Below are positions 13,452 to 26,417 of a stretch of 64,000 nucleotides of DNA, piece after piece (the first letter of the stretch is position 1; every line of letters begins with the position of its first letter). A model generated the notes under the pieces. The model was not told where the DNA came from and ran no database searches. It worked only from the letters and a program-made list of their open reading frames with translations. Origin of the DNA: Candidatus Latescibacterota bacterium (GTDB lineage: Bacteria > Latescibacterota > UBA2968 > UBA8231); contig OZ241362.1 in assembly GCA_965200315.1 (NCBI GenBank), positions 3,136,001-3,200,000 of the forward strand, given 5' to 3'. The translations under genes and the position numbers were made by a program.

Positions 13452-15145
13452 TCGAGCACCACCACTCTGCCAAAGGCCTGTTGACCGGTGTTTAGGGCAA
13501 TACGGTAAAAGTACGTGCCATTGGCTACGAGTTGGCCATCTCGGTCGAGACCATCCCAAAGGATGCGGTGATCGACGCCGCCGGTAAATGGCGCGTCCGT
13601 TGCAAGGTCGCGGACTAGGCCGCTGACAAAGTCGTAGATTGCCACGGAGACCTCTGAGTCGCGTGCCAGACTAAAGACGATGGTCGTGGTTTCGCGCGAG
13701 GGGGCGAAAGGATTGGGTGCTGCGTACGCGAGCGCCGTACTGTCGGGCACACCTCCGGTGCTGACGAAATTGCCTTCGTCAAGCGTGCGCGTGCGGACTA
13801 GGTCGCGGATGACGCGCCAAGTGCTCCCTTCGTCTTCGGAGCGCCCGAGGCCGTGCTCGGCCCCAGCCCAGAGCACATCGCCCACCCCTGCCAGCCCGAC
13901 GAAGGTGCCGGTCAGGGGCTGTCCATCGACGACTTCTATGGTGTCCCAGACCCGTTCTGAATCAATCGGCAGGGTTGGGGCTGGGCTAGCCAGTAGCCCT
14001 TGGTCGGTACCGGCCCAAACAAAATTGGGGGTAAAAGCAAAATCCCAGGCAAAAGTCGGCCCAGTGTGGCCCCAAGTCTGGCCGAGGTCGCGGCTGACGC
14101 TGATGGCTTGGGTTTGGCCGGGCGATGTGGTGGTATTGGTTCCCGCCCAGATGGCCGTGGTGCCGTCGGGCAGTACTTGGCGTTCGAGAGCCACGACCCA
14201 GTTGCCAGCCGGATGGCTTGGGAGGGGAGTGCCCTCTGCGCTGAGGCGTACTTTGGCATTTTGCCAATGCTGGCCTCCGTCAAAGGTGAAGGCAACCCCG
14301 CTGGAAGTGCCGATCCACACCGTATCTCCGTAAGCAATAACCGCAAAAGTGCGGTGTAGGAATGCTTGGCTAGCCAAGCTGTCGGCCGCAGCGCGCAACG
14401 GGGCGATGTCGTCTGGATCGGCATCTTCGCTGGCGAGACTATCGGCCACAATCAGCAAGCTGTCGGCCGCCGTTTCCGCGGGGAAGAAGACGATCTCGTC
14501 TGCGCCGCCGGGCAAGAAGGGTTCCCAAGTGCGGCCTTGGTCGAGCGAACGCACGGTAGAGCCAGCAAAGAAGGCGGCGTACACAGCTTCTCCGTCAATG
14601 GAGATGTCGAAACAAGCATTGAGGATAGTCGTGCCGGGGCTGCGCTCAAAACCGGCCTTGGTGGGGTCGAAAATGAACTCGTTGGGAATGTGGTGCCAAG
14701 AGCCGCCGCCGTCGTGGGAGAAACTCAACCCAGTGCCCGCTTGGTTCACGCCCTGTCCGGCGATGACCGAATCGACCAAGGTGGCTACCCACACGGTATC
14801 GCCGACCGCGTCGAGGGCGCTGATCGCGCCGCGGCCGAGGCCGTTGAGTTCGGTAAAGGTGACCCAGTCCGCTGAGTTGAGGCCGTTGCTTTGCGCCGGA
14901 TCGAGCCGAGCCACCCCACTTTCGGTGCCGACCCATAGATAGCGCCCGCTCCAGACAATGTCGCCTATGGACGTGCCGAAGAGCCCGCGGATAGGCTCGG
15001 ATGCTTGGTGGAAGCGCTGGGGCCTGAGCGCATGGCCGGGCGATAGATGGGGCGCGAGGAAAAGTAGCGAAAAAGAGAAGAGGACGGCTTGGCAAAAAAA
15101 GGAATTGGTCATAAAGCGAGCATTTTTATTGGGCCACTCAAGCAT
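13448..15145 (-). CDS. Secreted BNR/beta-propeller protein with C-terminal FlgD-Ig (T9SS-CTD-like) domain
   Basis: Asp-box repeats SHDGGGSW, SLDQGRTW, TFDGGQHW, SRDLGQTW, SEDEGSTW; C-terminal YAAPNPF...WDGLDRDGQLVANGTYFYRI. Start may be 15112. Confidence 0.85.
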   Translation of the reverse strand: MLEWPNKNARFMTNSFFCQAVLFSFSLLFLAPHLSPGHALRPQRFHQASEPIRGLFGTSIGDIVWSGRYLWVGTESGVARLDPAQSNGLNSADWVTFTELNGLGRGAISALDAVGDTVWVATLVDSVIAGQGVNQAGTGLSFSHDGGGSWHHIPNEFIFDPTKAGFERSPGTTILNACFDISIDGEAVYAAFFAGSTVRSLDQGRTWEPFLPGGADEIVFFPAETAADSLLIVADSLASEDADPDDIAPLRAAADSLASQAFLHRTFAVIAYGDTVWIGTSSGVAFTFDGGQHWQNAKVRLSAEGTPLPSHPAGNWVVALERQVLPDGTTAIWAGTNTTTSPGQTQAISVSRDLGQTWGHTGPTFAWDFAFTPNFVWAGTDQGLLASPAPTLPIDSERVWDTIEVVDGQPLTGTFVGLAGVGDVLWAGAEHGLGRSEDEGSTWRVIRDLVRTRTLDEGNFVSTGGVPDSTALAYAAPNPFAPSRETTTIVFSLARDSEVSVAIYDFVSGLVRDLATDAPFTGGVDHRILWDGLDRDGQLVANGTYFYRIALNTGQQAFGRVVVLD

Positions 15146-15965
15146 AGGAAGCGGCCCGCTCGCGCATGGCCTCGATTACTTCGTAGCCGACTCCGTAGTC
15201 GCCGATGCGGGTGCCTTCGCTGTCGCCGTGGCTATCGGACCCTCCCGACTTGATTAGGCCGTAGCGGCCGGCGAATTGGTCGTAATATTCCATTTGCGCT
15301 GACTGGTGAGACGGATGGAAGACCTCAATGCCGTCGAGTCCGTAGGCGACTAACTGCTCTATAATGGACTCGGGGAGACTGATGCTGGGGTGGGCGAGTA
15401 CAGCTACGCCCCCCGTGCGATGAATGAGGGCGATGAGGTCTTTGGCTGCGGCGTAGGGTTTGGGCCTAAAGGCCGGCCCGCGATCGCCAATGTAGCGGCT
15501 GAAGGCTTCATCCTTGTTGGCTACTAGGCCGTTTTCCACCATGGCCGCGGCGATATGCGGCCGCCCGAGAGGGCTGCCATTAGCTTGAAAGAGCACATCG
15601 TCGAGGCTGACGGTCAGCCCTATGCTGTTGAGTGCTTTGATGATGGCGATCCCTCGCTGGTGGCGGGCTTGAAAAGACTTGGCGAGGGTTGTACCGAGCT
15701 GATCGTCTCGGTAGTCAATGCAGTAGGCGAGAATGTGTACTTCGCGGTCCCGGATGTGGGCACTCAATTCGGTCCCGGGCACCACTTCCATGTGCATACG
15801 CTCGCCGGCCGCCGTGGCCTCGGGGACGCCTTGGACCGTATCGTGATCGGTCAAACTCATCGCTTGCAAGCCCGCTTCGCAGGCCTCTTGGACTGCTTCG
15901 GTCGGCGTCCGCAACCCGTCGGAGCACAGAGAATGTGTGTGGAGATCAGCTAAATTGTAAGACAT
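15138..15965 (-). CDS. PHP-domain phosphoesterase (YciV/TrpH family)
   Basis: DLHTHSLCSDG, LTDHDT, GRPHIA, VLAHP, GGSDSHG. Confidence 0.92.
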   Translation of the reverse strand: MSYNLADLHTHSLCSDGLRTPTEAVQEACEAGLQAMSLTDHDTVQGVPEATAAGERMHMEVVPGTELSAHIRDREVHILAYCIDYRDDQLGTTLAKSFQARHQRGIAIIKALNSIGLTVSLDDVLFQANGSPLGRPHIAAAMVENGLVANKDEAFSRYIGDRGPAFRPKPYAAAKDLIALIHRTGGVAVLAHPSISLPESIIEQLVAYGLDGIEVFHPSHQSAQMEYYDQFAGRYGLIKSGGSDSHGDSEGTRIGDYGVGYEVIEAMRERAASYA

Positions 15966-16088
15966 AAGGTCTCATTATCCTGTGAAAATGCCATTCAAAA
16001 GTACACAAAAAAGAAAGCCTTTTGCCGTGCTCAATCAAGCCCTATGCCCGCGTCTTGCGCTTGCCTCGCACAGTGTGTGCGCGTCTTG

Positions 16089-16937
16089 CTACATGGGACT
16101 GTTGGAAAGCTCGAGCAGTAAATTGCCAGCGTGAATTCGCATTTTATCGAGCGCTTGGTCTCTAAGCTGGCGCACTCGCTCGCGTGTGAGACCCAATTGC
16201 CCGCCGATTTGCTCCAGCGTCTGGGGCTTTTGGTCGTCGAGGCCGAAATAGGCGCGGACGACTAGGCGCTCGCGTCGATCCAGCAGGTCGAGGCACGCAT
16301 GCAAGGTATGAGAAAGGGCTGCGCGCTCATAGCAATCGGCCGGATCGGGCGTACGAGCCGCGAAAGTGGCTATTAGTGGCTCCCGTTCATCGGGCACGGT
16401 CGGCGTGTCCATCGAGACATCAGGTTGGGCCATGTAAAGGGCATTGTGCGTCCGCTCCAGCGATAATTCAGCACTGTTGGCGATTTCCTCAGGGGTGGGA
16501 TCGCGACCCAGTTTTTGGGCGAGGATACCCGTCCACCGCTCGACTTTTTGCAGATCATTGACCCGGCTCAGTGGCGGGCGGGCAATTTTGCCGTGTTCGG
16601 CCAAGGCGCGGAGGATGGCTTGGCGAATCCACCACACCGCATAGGTGATGAATTTAAAACCGCGCGTCTCATCGAAGCGCTGGACCGCCTCCAGCAGACC
16701 GAGGTTGCCCTCGGAAATCAGCTCCATAAAGGAAAGCCCGCGCCCGTGGTACCCCCGCGCGATGCGGACGACAAAGCGCAAGTTGGCCTCGACCATCTGG
16801 TGCATGGCGCACTCGTCGCCAGCGCGCACTTTGTGTACCAGTTCGATCTCTCGTTGGCGGCTCAGCGGCTGAAAGTGCCGAATGTCGCGCCAGTAGGACT
16901 CGGCTAGACCTAGCGAATCGAGGCTGCTTTTTCCCAT
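16089..16937 (-). CDS. RNA polymerase sigma-70 factor, RpoD/RpoS-like, lacking region 1.1
   Basis: EANLRFVVRIA, SEGNLGLLEAVQRFD, FITYAVWWIRQAI, TLEQIG...TRERVRQL. Start re-assigned to MGKSS. Confidence 0.92.
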   Translation of the reverse strand: MGKSSLDSLGLAESYWRDIRHFQPLSRQREIELVHKVRAGDECAMHQMVEANLRFVVRIARGYHGRGLSFMELISEGNLGLLEAVQRFDETRGFKFITYAVWWIRQAILRALAEHGKIARPPLSRVNDLQKVERWTGILAQKLGRDPTPEEIANSAELSLERTHNALYMAQPDVSMDTPTVPDEREPLIATFAARTPDPADCYERAALSHTLHACLDLLDRRERLVVRAYFGLDDQKPQTLEQIGGQLGLTRERVRQLRDQALDKMRIHAGNLLLELSNSPM

Positions 16938-17016
16938 AAGTAGCCAAAGCGTCAAAGTAAGAAAATACAGGTTCTTAAGTAGGACGACTGAGGAAGAGCG
17001 CGGTTCCAGCCCGGGA

Positions 17017-18486
17017 TCAGGCCGGGGGAAGTAGCGAGCGGAAGCGGTCGTAGGCCGCGTCCCAAGCAGCGGTTTGCTCTGGCTCGTACACAACGGGCGC
17101 GAAGGAGTGGCGCACGACTTGGCGGATTTCGGCCAGCGAGGCCATCTGGCCTAGGCCCATAAGCTGGAGCATTAGATTGCCGATGGCCGTTGCTTCGAGC
17201 GGCCCGGCGACGACCGGACGACCAGTAGCCGAAGCGGTAAACTGGCAGAGCAGGCGGTTTTGGATCCCACCGCCGACAATGTGTATGCACTCGAGGCGGC
17301 GGCCGAGAATGGTCTCTAGCGCGTCGAGGACGTAGCGGTACTTAAACGCTAGGCTTTCGAGGGCCACGCACGCGACTTGCCCCTCGTCGGCGGGAATGGC
17401 TTGTCCCGTCTCTTGGCAATAGGCGCGGATTCTGGCGGGCATGTCGCCCGGTGCTAGAAAGCACTCGGCGTCTGGATCGACGAAAGCGGTAAAGGATGCA
17501 GCGCTTTGGGCCATGGCCGTCAGTTCGTCGTAGGAAAAGGCGCGTCCCTCGCGCTGCCACGTGCGCCGGCACTCCTGTATCAGCCACAAGCCCATGATGT
17601 TTTTCAGGAAGCGGTAGGTTGGCCCGACGCCTCCTTCGTTGGTGAAATTGTACTGGAATGCCTGATCGCTGATGAGCGGTTGGTCGAGCTCGACGCCCAT
17701 CAGCGACCAAGTTCCCGAGCTGATATAGGCGTAGTCGCGGACTTCAGCGGGCACCGCGGCCACGGCCGCGCCCGTATCGTGAGTAGCTGGAGCGATGACC
17801 GGAACCGAGCCAAGCCCTGTTTCAGCAGCAATAGAAGGCAGGAGCGAGCCTAGGCGGGTTCCGGGCTGGACAATCGGGGGAAGAAAATGGATCGGCAGCC
17901 CCAAGCCTTCTAGGAGCTCGACCGACCAAGTGCCTTGGCGCGGATCGTAAAATTGGGTGGTAGTGGCGTTGGAAAATTCGCAGGTCTTGGTGCCGGTAAG
18001 ATAAAAATTGAACAGGTCGGCCATCATCAAGAAGGTCTGCGCCCATTCCAGCAAAGACGAGTCGCGCAGCGAAAGCAGTTGATATAAGGTGTTGACCTTC
18101 AAAAACTGTACGCCAGTGCGCGCAAAAATTTCCTCGCGCGGCACTCGTGCAAAGGCTTCCTCTAACATGCCGTCGGTGCGCGGGTCGCGGTAGTTGCGCG
18201 GATTGTCCAAGAGCACGTCCATAGGCCCGAGGAGGGCGAAATCGACGCCCCAAGTATCGACGCCGATCGCATTGAGTGCCTTGCCGTGTGTGCGGGCAAA
18301 TAGGCCGAGGGCCTGTTTCATCTCGGCGAAGAGGCGCAAAGGGTCCCAGTAGAGACGGTCGAAGACTTGGACCGGACCATTTGCAAAACGGTGCAGCTCT
18401 TCTAACGCTAGGCGCTCGCCATCGAAATGCCCGACAATGGCGCGGCCACTTTCGGCCCCTAAGTCAAAGGCGAGCAGCTTGCTCAT
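17017..18486 (-). CDS. rhaB: Rhamnulokinase / FGGY-family sugar kinase
   Basis: LAFDLGAESGRA, GVDTWGVDF, ATHDTGAAV, SSGTWSLMG, FTNEGG, KNIMGLWLIQEC. Start re-assigned to MSKLL. Confidence 0.88.
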   Translation of the reverse strand: MSKLLAFDLGAESGRAIVGHFDGERLALEELHRFANGPVQVFDRLYWDPLRLFAEMKQALGLFARTHGKALNAIGVDTWGVDFALLGPMDVLLDNPRNYRDPRTDGMLEEAFARVPREEIFARTGVQFLKVNTLYQLLSLRDSSLLEWAQTFLMMADLFNFYLTGTKTCEFSNATTTQFYDPRQGTWSVELLEGLGLPIHFLPPIVQPGTRLGSLLPSIAAETGLGSVPVIAPATHDTGAAVAAVPAEVRDYAYISSGTWSLMGVELDQPLISDQAFQYNFTNEGGVGPTYRFLKNIMGLWLIQECRRTWQREGRAFSYDELTAMAQSAASFTAFVDPDAECFLAPGDMPARIRAYCQETGQAIPADEGQVACVALESLAFKYRYVLDALETILGRRLECIHIVGGGIQNRLLCQFTASATGRPVVAGPLEATAIGNLMLQLMGLGQMASLAEIRQVVRHSFAPVVYEPEQTAAWDAAYDRFRSLLPPA

Positions 18487-18761
18487 AGGTAGTTGAGGCC
18501 GAGTTCGGAGACCAACTCGCGTGTATCGTTGTCGAGGAGGGCGCAAATCAAGGCGATGCCCAACTCGCGCTCCATGCCCGCAGCATACGCGGTGTGTTCG
18601 TCGCGAAAATTGATCCGCTGGAAGCCGAGGACAGCCTTTTTGAACTCCTCGGGCCGCTCGTAGAGGACAACTTGGGCAATGGGCGCATTGGCGAGTGCCT
18701 CGGAGACAAAGGATACGCCAAAAATTTCCTCCAAGGCGTTTCTGAGCTGGCGATGCAGCAT
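18483..18761 (-). CDS. Small hypothetical protein (92 aa)
   Basis: Protein-like composition; ATGA overlap with rhaB and TAATG overlap with the upstream ORF. Confidence 0.75.
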   Translation of the reverse strand: MLHRQLRNALEEIFGVSFVSEALANAPIAQVVLYERPEEFKKAVLGFQRINFRDEHTAYAAGMERELGIALICALLDNDTRELVSELGLNYL

Positions 18762-18946
18762 TAGAAGGGATAGACCTCGTCGAGCCGGCGCTTGAGCGCA
18801 CTGCCGCGCTGCTCGCTGTCGTCTTCAATCACGTACTGGACGATGGGTGCGCGCCGCCAATAGCTCAACATGGCCTCAAAATTGAGGGTGGGCTGGTGAA
18901 ACTCCAAGCGGAAGACCAAAAAGGCGCGGAGCAAGTTTTTGACCAT
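18761..18946 (-). CDS. Small hypothetical protein (61 aa)
   Basis: Fills the gap after purC; TAATG coupling to the next ORF. Confidence 0.6.
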   Translation of the reverse strand: MVKNLLRAFLVFRLEFHQPTLNFEAMLSYWRRAPIVQYVIEDDSEQRGSALKRRLDEVYPF

Positions 18947-19019
18947 AGCACTCTAATTAGGAATTAGGAGTGGCGAACTTCCTCTTCATAGGGCGCGGTA
19001 GGGAGGCGTAATTCCTAAT

Positions 19020-19988
19020 TTAGTTGAGGTACTCCGCAATCCGCTCCTCAATGCGCTGCAAGACGGGCGTTGCGCCGAGTTCGGCGTCGAAGTCTGTGCC
19101 TGTAACCCGTTGAAAAAGGTCGATATAGCGCTCGGCAACTTGGACGCGGATATCGTCGTCGAGTGCGGGGGTATTGTCGTCGGAAATGCCCTTGTCGCGG
19201 AGCCAGAGGCGCAAAAATTCCTTGTCGAGGCTCTCGGGCTCCTCGCCGCGAACGTGGTGCTCCGCGTAGGTGTCGCTGATCCAGAAGCGCGACGAGTCGG
19301 GCGTGTGGATCTCGTCGGCGAGCGTGATGCGCCCGTCGGCGTCTAGCCCCATTTCGTATTTGGTATCCACGAGGATTAACCCTTGCTTGGCCGCTAGCTC
19401 TTCGCCGCGAGCAAAGAGCGCGAGGGCGATCTCCTCAACTTGGTTCCAGGTGTCTTCTGGCACTAGGCCTTGGGCCATGATTTCGTCGCGCGAAATTAGC
19501 TCGTCGTGGACTTCGTCCTTGGTCGTCGGCGTGATAATCGCCTCGTCGAAAGGCTGGTTTTTGACCATGCCGTCGGGCAACATGTGGCCGCAGTAGTGGC
19601 GCACACCTCTGTTGTAATGGGTCCATATAGCCGTGTCCGAACTGCCGGTCAGATACTTGCGGACCACCACCTCAACGGGCAGGATGTCCAGCTCGCGGGC
19701 GACGGTGACGTTGGCGTCGGGCACTGAGATGATTTGATTGGGGGCGATGTCTTGGGTCTGCTCAAACCAGTACTGGGCAATGCGGTTGAGCACTTGGCCC
19801 TTGAGGGGAATGGTGCCGAGCACGTGGTCGAACGCGCTTTGGCGATCCGTAGCGATCAGTACGCGATGGTTTTCGAGCAAGTACATATCGCGCACCTTGC
19901 CGCGCTTATAGAGCGACTCCCACTGAGGGAATTTGGCCTCCAGCAGACAGTTGGCGAGCTGGGATTGGATCTGTTGGCGAGTTATCAT
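19020..19988 (-). CDS. purC: SAICAR synthase
   Basis: GKVRDMY, ATDRQSAFD, PLKGQVLN, ITPTTK, LVDTKYEMG, DEIHTPDSSRFW. Confidence 0.96.
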   Translation of the reverse strand: MITRQQIQSQLANCLLEAKFPQWESLYKRGKVRDMYLLENHRVLIATDRQSAFDHVLGTIPLKGQVLNRIAQYWFEQTQDIAPNQIISVPDANVTVARELDILPVEVVVRKYLTGSSDTAIWTHYNRGVRHYCGHMLPDGMVKNQPFDEAIITPTTKDEVHDELISRDEIMAQGLVPEDTWNQVEEIALALFARGEELAAKQGLILVDTKYEMGLDADGRITLADEIHTPDSSRFWISDTYAEHHVRGEEPESLDKEFLRLWLRDKGISDDNTPALDDDIRVQVAERYIDLFQRVTGTDFDAELGATPVLQRIEERIAEYLN

Positions 19989-20158
19989 GGAATAGACGTC
20001 CTCAAGTAAGAGAGTTGGCTGCGAAAAAATTGATATTATGAGCGCACATAAGCCCCGTCAATAGGGTCCGGCGTAGAGAGTGCTTGATTTTCGCCTCTCT
20101 GCGGCGTATTTTGAAGCCGACGAAACAGACAATCTCACCCCTATAAGGGAGGTCTATT

Positions 20159-20632
20159 ATGTCGAGAAAACTGGTTGTGTTGGCGTTGGCAGTGGGTCTG
20201 GTCGGGTGTGGGACCGAGGAGGAAGACAAGCAAATACTCATCGAGTATGTGACGAAGTTGAAGGTACTGGATGGCAAAAACCGACAGGTTGTCGATACTA
20301 TTGAGCATCTGAGAAAGCCGCTCAGCGAGATCTCCGCAGAGGATCTAGCCAAGGCGCGTCAGCTCATCAACGATTACGTGGCAGAACTGCAGGCCTTTCC
20401 CCGAGATCTCACATACCGCGAACTGCGCGTGACCCACAACCTCTATGTCGACAAGGTTTCGCAAGCCATTGAGTTGTCCGGAGACAAGGGGCGCGAAATG
20501 CGGCGCGAGAAGAGCAACGTGGACATCGGTGTGCGCCACATCGAGAAATTCACCAAGCGGCACCACAATGGTATGAACGTCTTGTGGGATCGCCATAAAT
20601 TGCCGGATTTTCCGCTGGAGTGGCCCCAGTAA
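20159..20632 (+). CDS. Hypothetical helical lipoprotein
   Basis: Lipobox LVGC, GGAGG RBS, followed by a terminator. Confidence 0.8.
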   Translation: MSRKLVVLALAVGLVGCGTEEEDKQILIEYVTKLKVLDGKNRQVVDTIEHLRKPLSEISAEDLAKARQLINDYVAELQAFPRDLTYRELRVTHNLYVDKVSQAIELSGDKGREMRREKSNVDIGVRHIEKFTKRHHNGMNVLWDRHKLPDFPLEWPQ

Positions 20633-20655
20633 TCCAGACGGTATTCAAGCGAGCC

Positions 20656-20687
20656 AAGCCCCCAGCCCAAGCGGCCGGGGGCTTTTT
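20656..20687 (+). terminator. Rho-independent terminator
   Basis: AAGCCCCC...GGGGGCTT stem followed by a T-run, between convergent genes. Confidence 0.7.
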
Positions 20688-20692
20688 GCGTT

Positions 20693-22159
20693 TTAGGACA
20701 CCCGATGAAACCAACGCTGGCCGCTGGAGAGCAAACCGGTGTAGAGAAAGCCGGCGTGGAACAGCAGCAGAAAGGGCATCCCCAAGTAGAGGCCGGTCGC
20801 ATAGGCGTGGTAGAGAGCGAAGACGAAGTAGAGCGCCATGCCCAGTTCGCCCAAAGACAGCAGCGGCCAGCGGCTTAGGTACTTGCGCTGCTGGCCTTGG
20901 TCACGGCGTCCGGTAAGCCCGTATTTGGGGGTGCGGAGGAAAGCGGTTTGGTACCCGACGAGGCCCTCGATCACCGCTCGGGTGTTGTTGATGCAGAGAC
21001 TCATGCCAATGGCCATCAACATGGGCAAGTACTTGATCTGTCGTCGCCAATCTGGATAGAGCACGCGCTGGGAGGTAATGTAGAAGCCGGAAATGGCCAT
21101 GGTGGCAAAAGAAAACAGCGGCAGGTCAATGATAAAGAACCGCTCCCAGCCGAGTTGCGAGCGAATGGAAAGCACCGGAACGGTCAATAGGGCCATCAAG
21201 AGCATCATAATGTAGCAGAGGTTGGCCGTCAGATGGAAGGTGGCCTCGATCTTGACCTTGGCTGGGAGCGCAGAACGCCAGATCCGCGGCAGCACCTTCT
21301 TGGCGGTCTGGACCGCGCCCTTGGTCCAGCGGTGCTGTTGCGACTTGAAGGCATTGATCTCAACGGGGATCTCGCCGGGCACTTCAATTTCGGGCAGATA
21401 GAGAAACTGCCAGCCAGCCAGTTGGGCGCGGTAGCTCAAATCGAGGTCTTCGGTGAGCGTGTCGTGCTGCCAGCCACCAGCGTCGTAGATGGCCTTTTTG
21501 CGCCATATTCCCGCGGTGCCATTGAAGTTGAAGAAGCGACCCGAGCGGTTGCGAGCCGTGTGTTCGACGACGAAGTGGCCGTCGAGAAAGATCGACTGGA
21601 TGCGCGTCAGGAGCGAGTAGGAGCGGTTGAGGTGTCCCCAACGCATCTGCACCATGCCGATGGAATCGTCGGTAAAGTAGTGAATGGCTCGTTGTAGGAT
21701 GTCGGGGGGGGGCACGAAATCGGCGTCGAGCACCAACACAAATTCGCCTTGGGTGCGCTCTAGCCCCTCAGCCAGTGCCCCGGCCTTAAAGCCGTGGCGG
21801 TTGGTGCGGCCGAGATACTCGATATCCAGCCCTTGGGCCGCCAGCCGTGCGACCCCTTCCCGCGCCTTGTCGCGAGTTTCGTCCTGCGAGTCGTCGAGGA
21901 CTTGGATTTGCAGGCGGTCGCGGGGATAGTCGATCCGGCTCACGGCCTCTAGCAGGTGCTCGACCACGTGATATTCGTTGTAGATCGGTAACTGGATCGC
22001 GACCAAGGGCAACTCGGCAAAGCGGTCGGGTTGGGGAACTGGGGTTAGGTGATGCCGATAAAACAGGCGCAGTAACTGGTAGCGGTGGAGCCCGTAAACG
22101 CCGAGAACGGCGATGATGCTGCTGTACACCACCAAACAGAGTACTTCCCAGAAGCTCAT
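20693..22159 (-). CDS. GT2 processive glycosyltransferase (cellulose-synthase-like, CslA type)
   Basis: QLPIYNE, QVLDDS, GFKAGAL, DADF, TEDLDLSYRAQ, QQHRW (QxxRW), TM helices. Alternative GTG start at 22171. Confidence 0.9.
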   Translation of the reverse strand: MSFWEVLCLVVYSSIIAVLGVYGLHRYQLLRLFYRHHLTPVPQPDRFAELPLVAIQLPIYNEYHVVEHLLEAVSRIDYPRDRLQIQVLDDSQDETRDKAREGVARLAAQGLDIEYLGRTNRHGFKAGALAEGLERTQGEFVLVLDADFVPPPDILQRAIHYFTDDSIGMVQMRWGHLNRSYSLLTRIQSIFLDGHFVVEHTARNRSGRFFNFNGTAGIWRKKAIYDAGGWQHDTLTEDLDLSYRAQLAGWQFLYLPEIEVPGEIPVEINAFKSQQHRWTKGAVQTAKKVLPRIWRSALPAKVKIEATFHLTANLCYIMMLLMALLTVPVLSIRSQLGWERFFIIDLPLFSFATMAISGFYITSQRVLYPDWRRQIKYLPMLMAIGMSLCINNTRAVIEGLVGYQTAFLRTPKYGLTGRRDQGQQRKYLSRWPLLSLGELGMALYFVFALYHAYATGLYLGMPFLLLFHAGFLYTGLLSSGQRWFHRVS

Positions 22160-22173
22160 ATCGCTTTCCACGC

Positions 22174-25434
<3,261 letters not shown>

Positions 25435-25485
25435 ACTAAATCCTCTTAACTAGTACCGAGTCTCGGGCCTCTATACATGTTCAAT

Positions 25486-25953
25486 TCAGACGCTGGGTCC
25501 CTTCTGGCGCACGACGCCGTCGAGGACGCCATTGACGAACGCATAGGACTTCTCGGTGCTGTAGGACTTGGCTAGTTCGACAGCTTCAAAAATGGAGACC
25601 CGGACTGGAATTTCCTCAATAAAGAGCATTTCGGCCAAGGCCAAGCGCAAGATCAAGCGATCAATGCGGGCGATGCGCTCCCAGCTCCAGTGCTGGACCC
25701 GGGCCGCTGCCAGCGCGTCCAATTCGTCCGCATGCTCGGCTGCGCAATGCAGGAGTTCGGCCGCAAAGGACTGCACCTCTTGCGCTAGGCCAAAGCGTAC
25801 ACAGAGCTGATCCAATGCGACGAGTGAGTCGGTCTCCGCGCTCTGCTCCCAGTACAGGGCCTGTAAGGCCACTTGGCGAGCGCCGTGGCGGTTGTTGGGA
25901 GGTGCCTCGTCGGCCGAGGTCCCATCGCCAAAAAAATCGTCTGCGCCGCTCAT
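25486..25953 (-). CDS. nusB: Transcription antitermination factor NusB
   Basis: [37 protein letters not shown]; follows ribH. Confidence 0.94.
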   Translation of the reverse strand: MSGADDFFGDGTSADEAPPNNRHGARQVALQALYWEQSAETDSLVALDQLCVRFGLAQEVQSFAAELLHCAAEHADELDALAAARVQHWSWERIARIDRLILRLALAEMLFIEEIPVRVSIFEAVELAKSYSTEKSYAFVNGVLDGVVRQKGPSV

Positions 25954-26417
25954 CCTAACTCGGCCATCAAGCTGGCCATTTCAACCGCGTTGAGGGCGGC
26001 GTCCCAGCCGCGATTGCCGGCCTTGACACCCGCGCGCTGCACGGCCTGCTCGACCGTGTCAGCGGTGATGACGCCAAAGATCACCGGGATGCCGCTGTCG
26101 AGGCCGACGCGGGCAATGCCCTTGGCCGACTCGCCAGCCACGTAGTCGAAGTGGGGAGTGTCGCTGCGGACGATGGCCCCCAAGCAGATGACGACGTCAA
26201 AGCGACCCGTGCCCGCTAGCTTCTTGGCGGCAATAGGCAACTCAAAGGCTCCGGGGACCCAAGCAATTTCTATGTCGTTGCTGTCGCCGCCGTGTCGCTG
26301 GATGCAGTCCAACGCGCCGTCGAGGAGCCGAGTGGTCACCAAGTCGTTGAAGCGGCTGACCGCAATGCCGAACTTGCGGCCTCGGGCGTCGAGCTGTCCT
26401 TCATGCACTTTTGGCAT
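25950..26417 (-). CDS. ribH: 6,7-dimethyl-8-ribityllumazine synthase
   Basis: [35 protein letters not shown]. Confidence 0.96.
   Translation of the reverse strand: MPKVHEGQLDARGRKFGIAVSRFNDLVTTRLLDGALDCIQRHGGDSNDIEIAWVPGAFELPIAAKKLAGTGRFDVVICLGAIVRSDTPHFDYVAGESAKGIARVGLDSGIPVIFGVITADTVEQAVQRAGVKAGNRGWDAALNAVEMASLMAELG

Noticed and set aside
18955-19020. 12-bp inverted repeat AATTAGGAATTA / TAATTCCTAATT after purC
   Set aside because: The IR is real but single-copy here, with no clear TSD or U-tract; too little to call a terminator or MITE.
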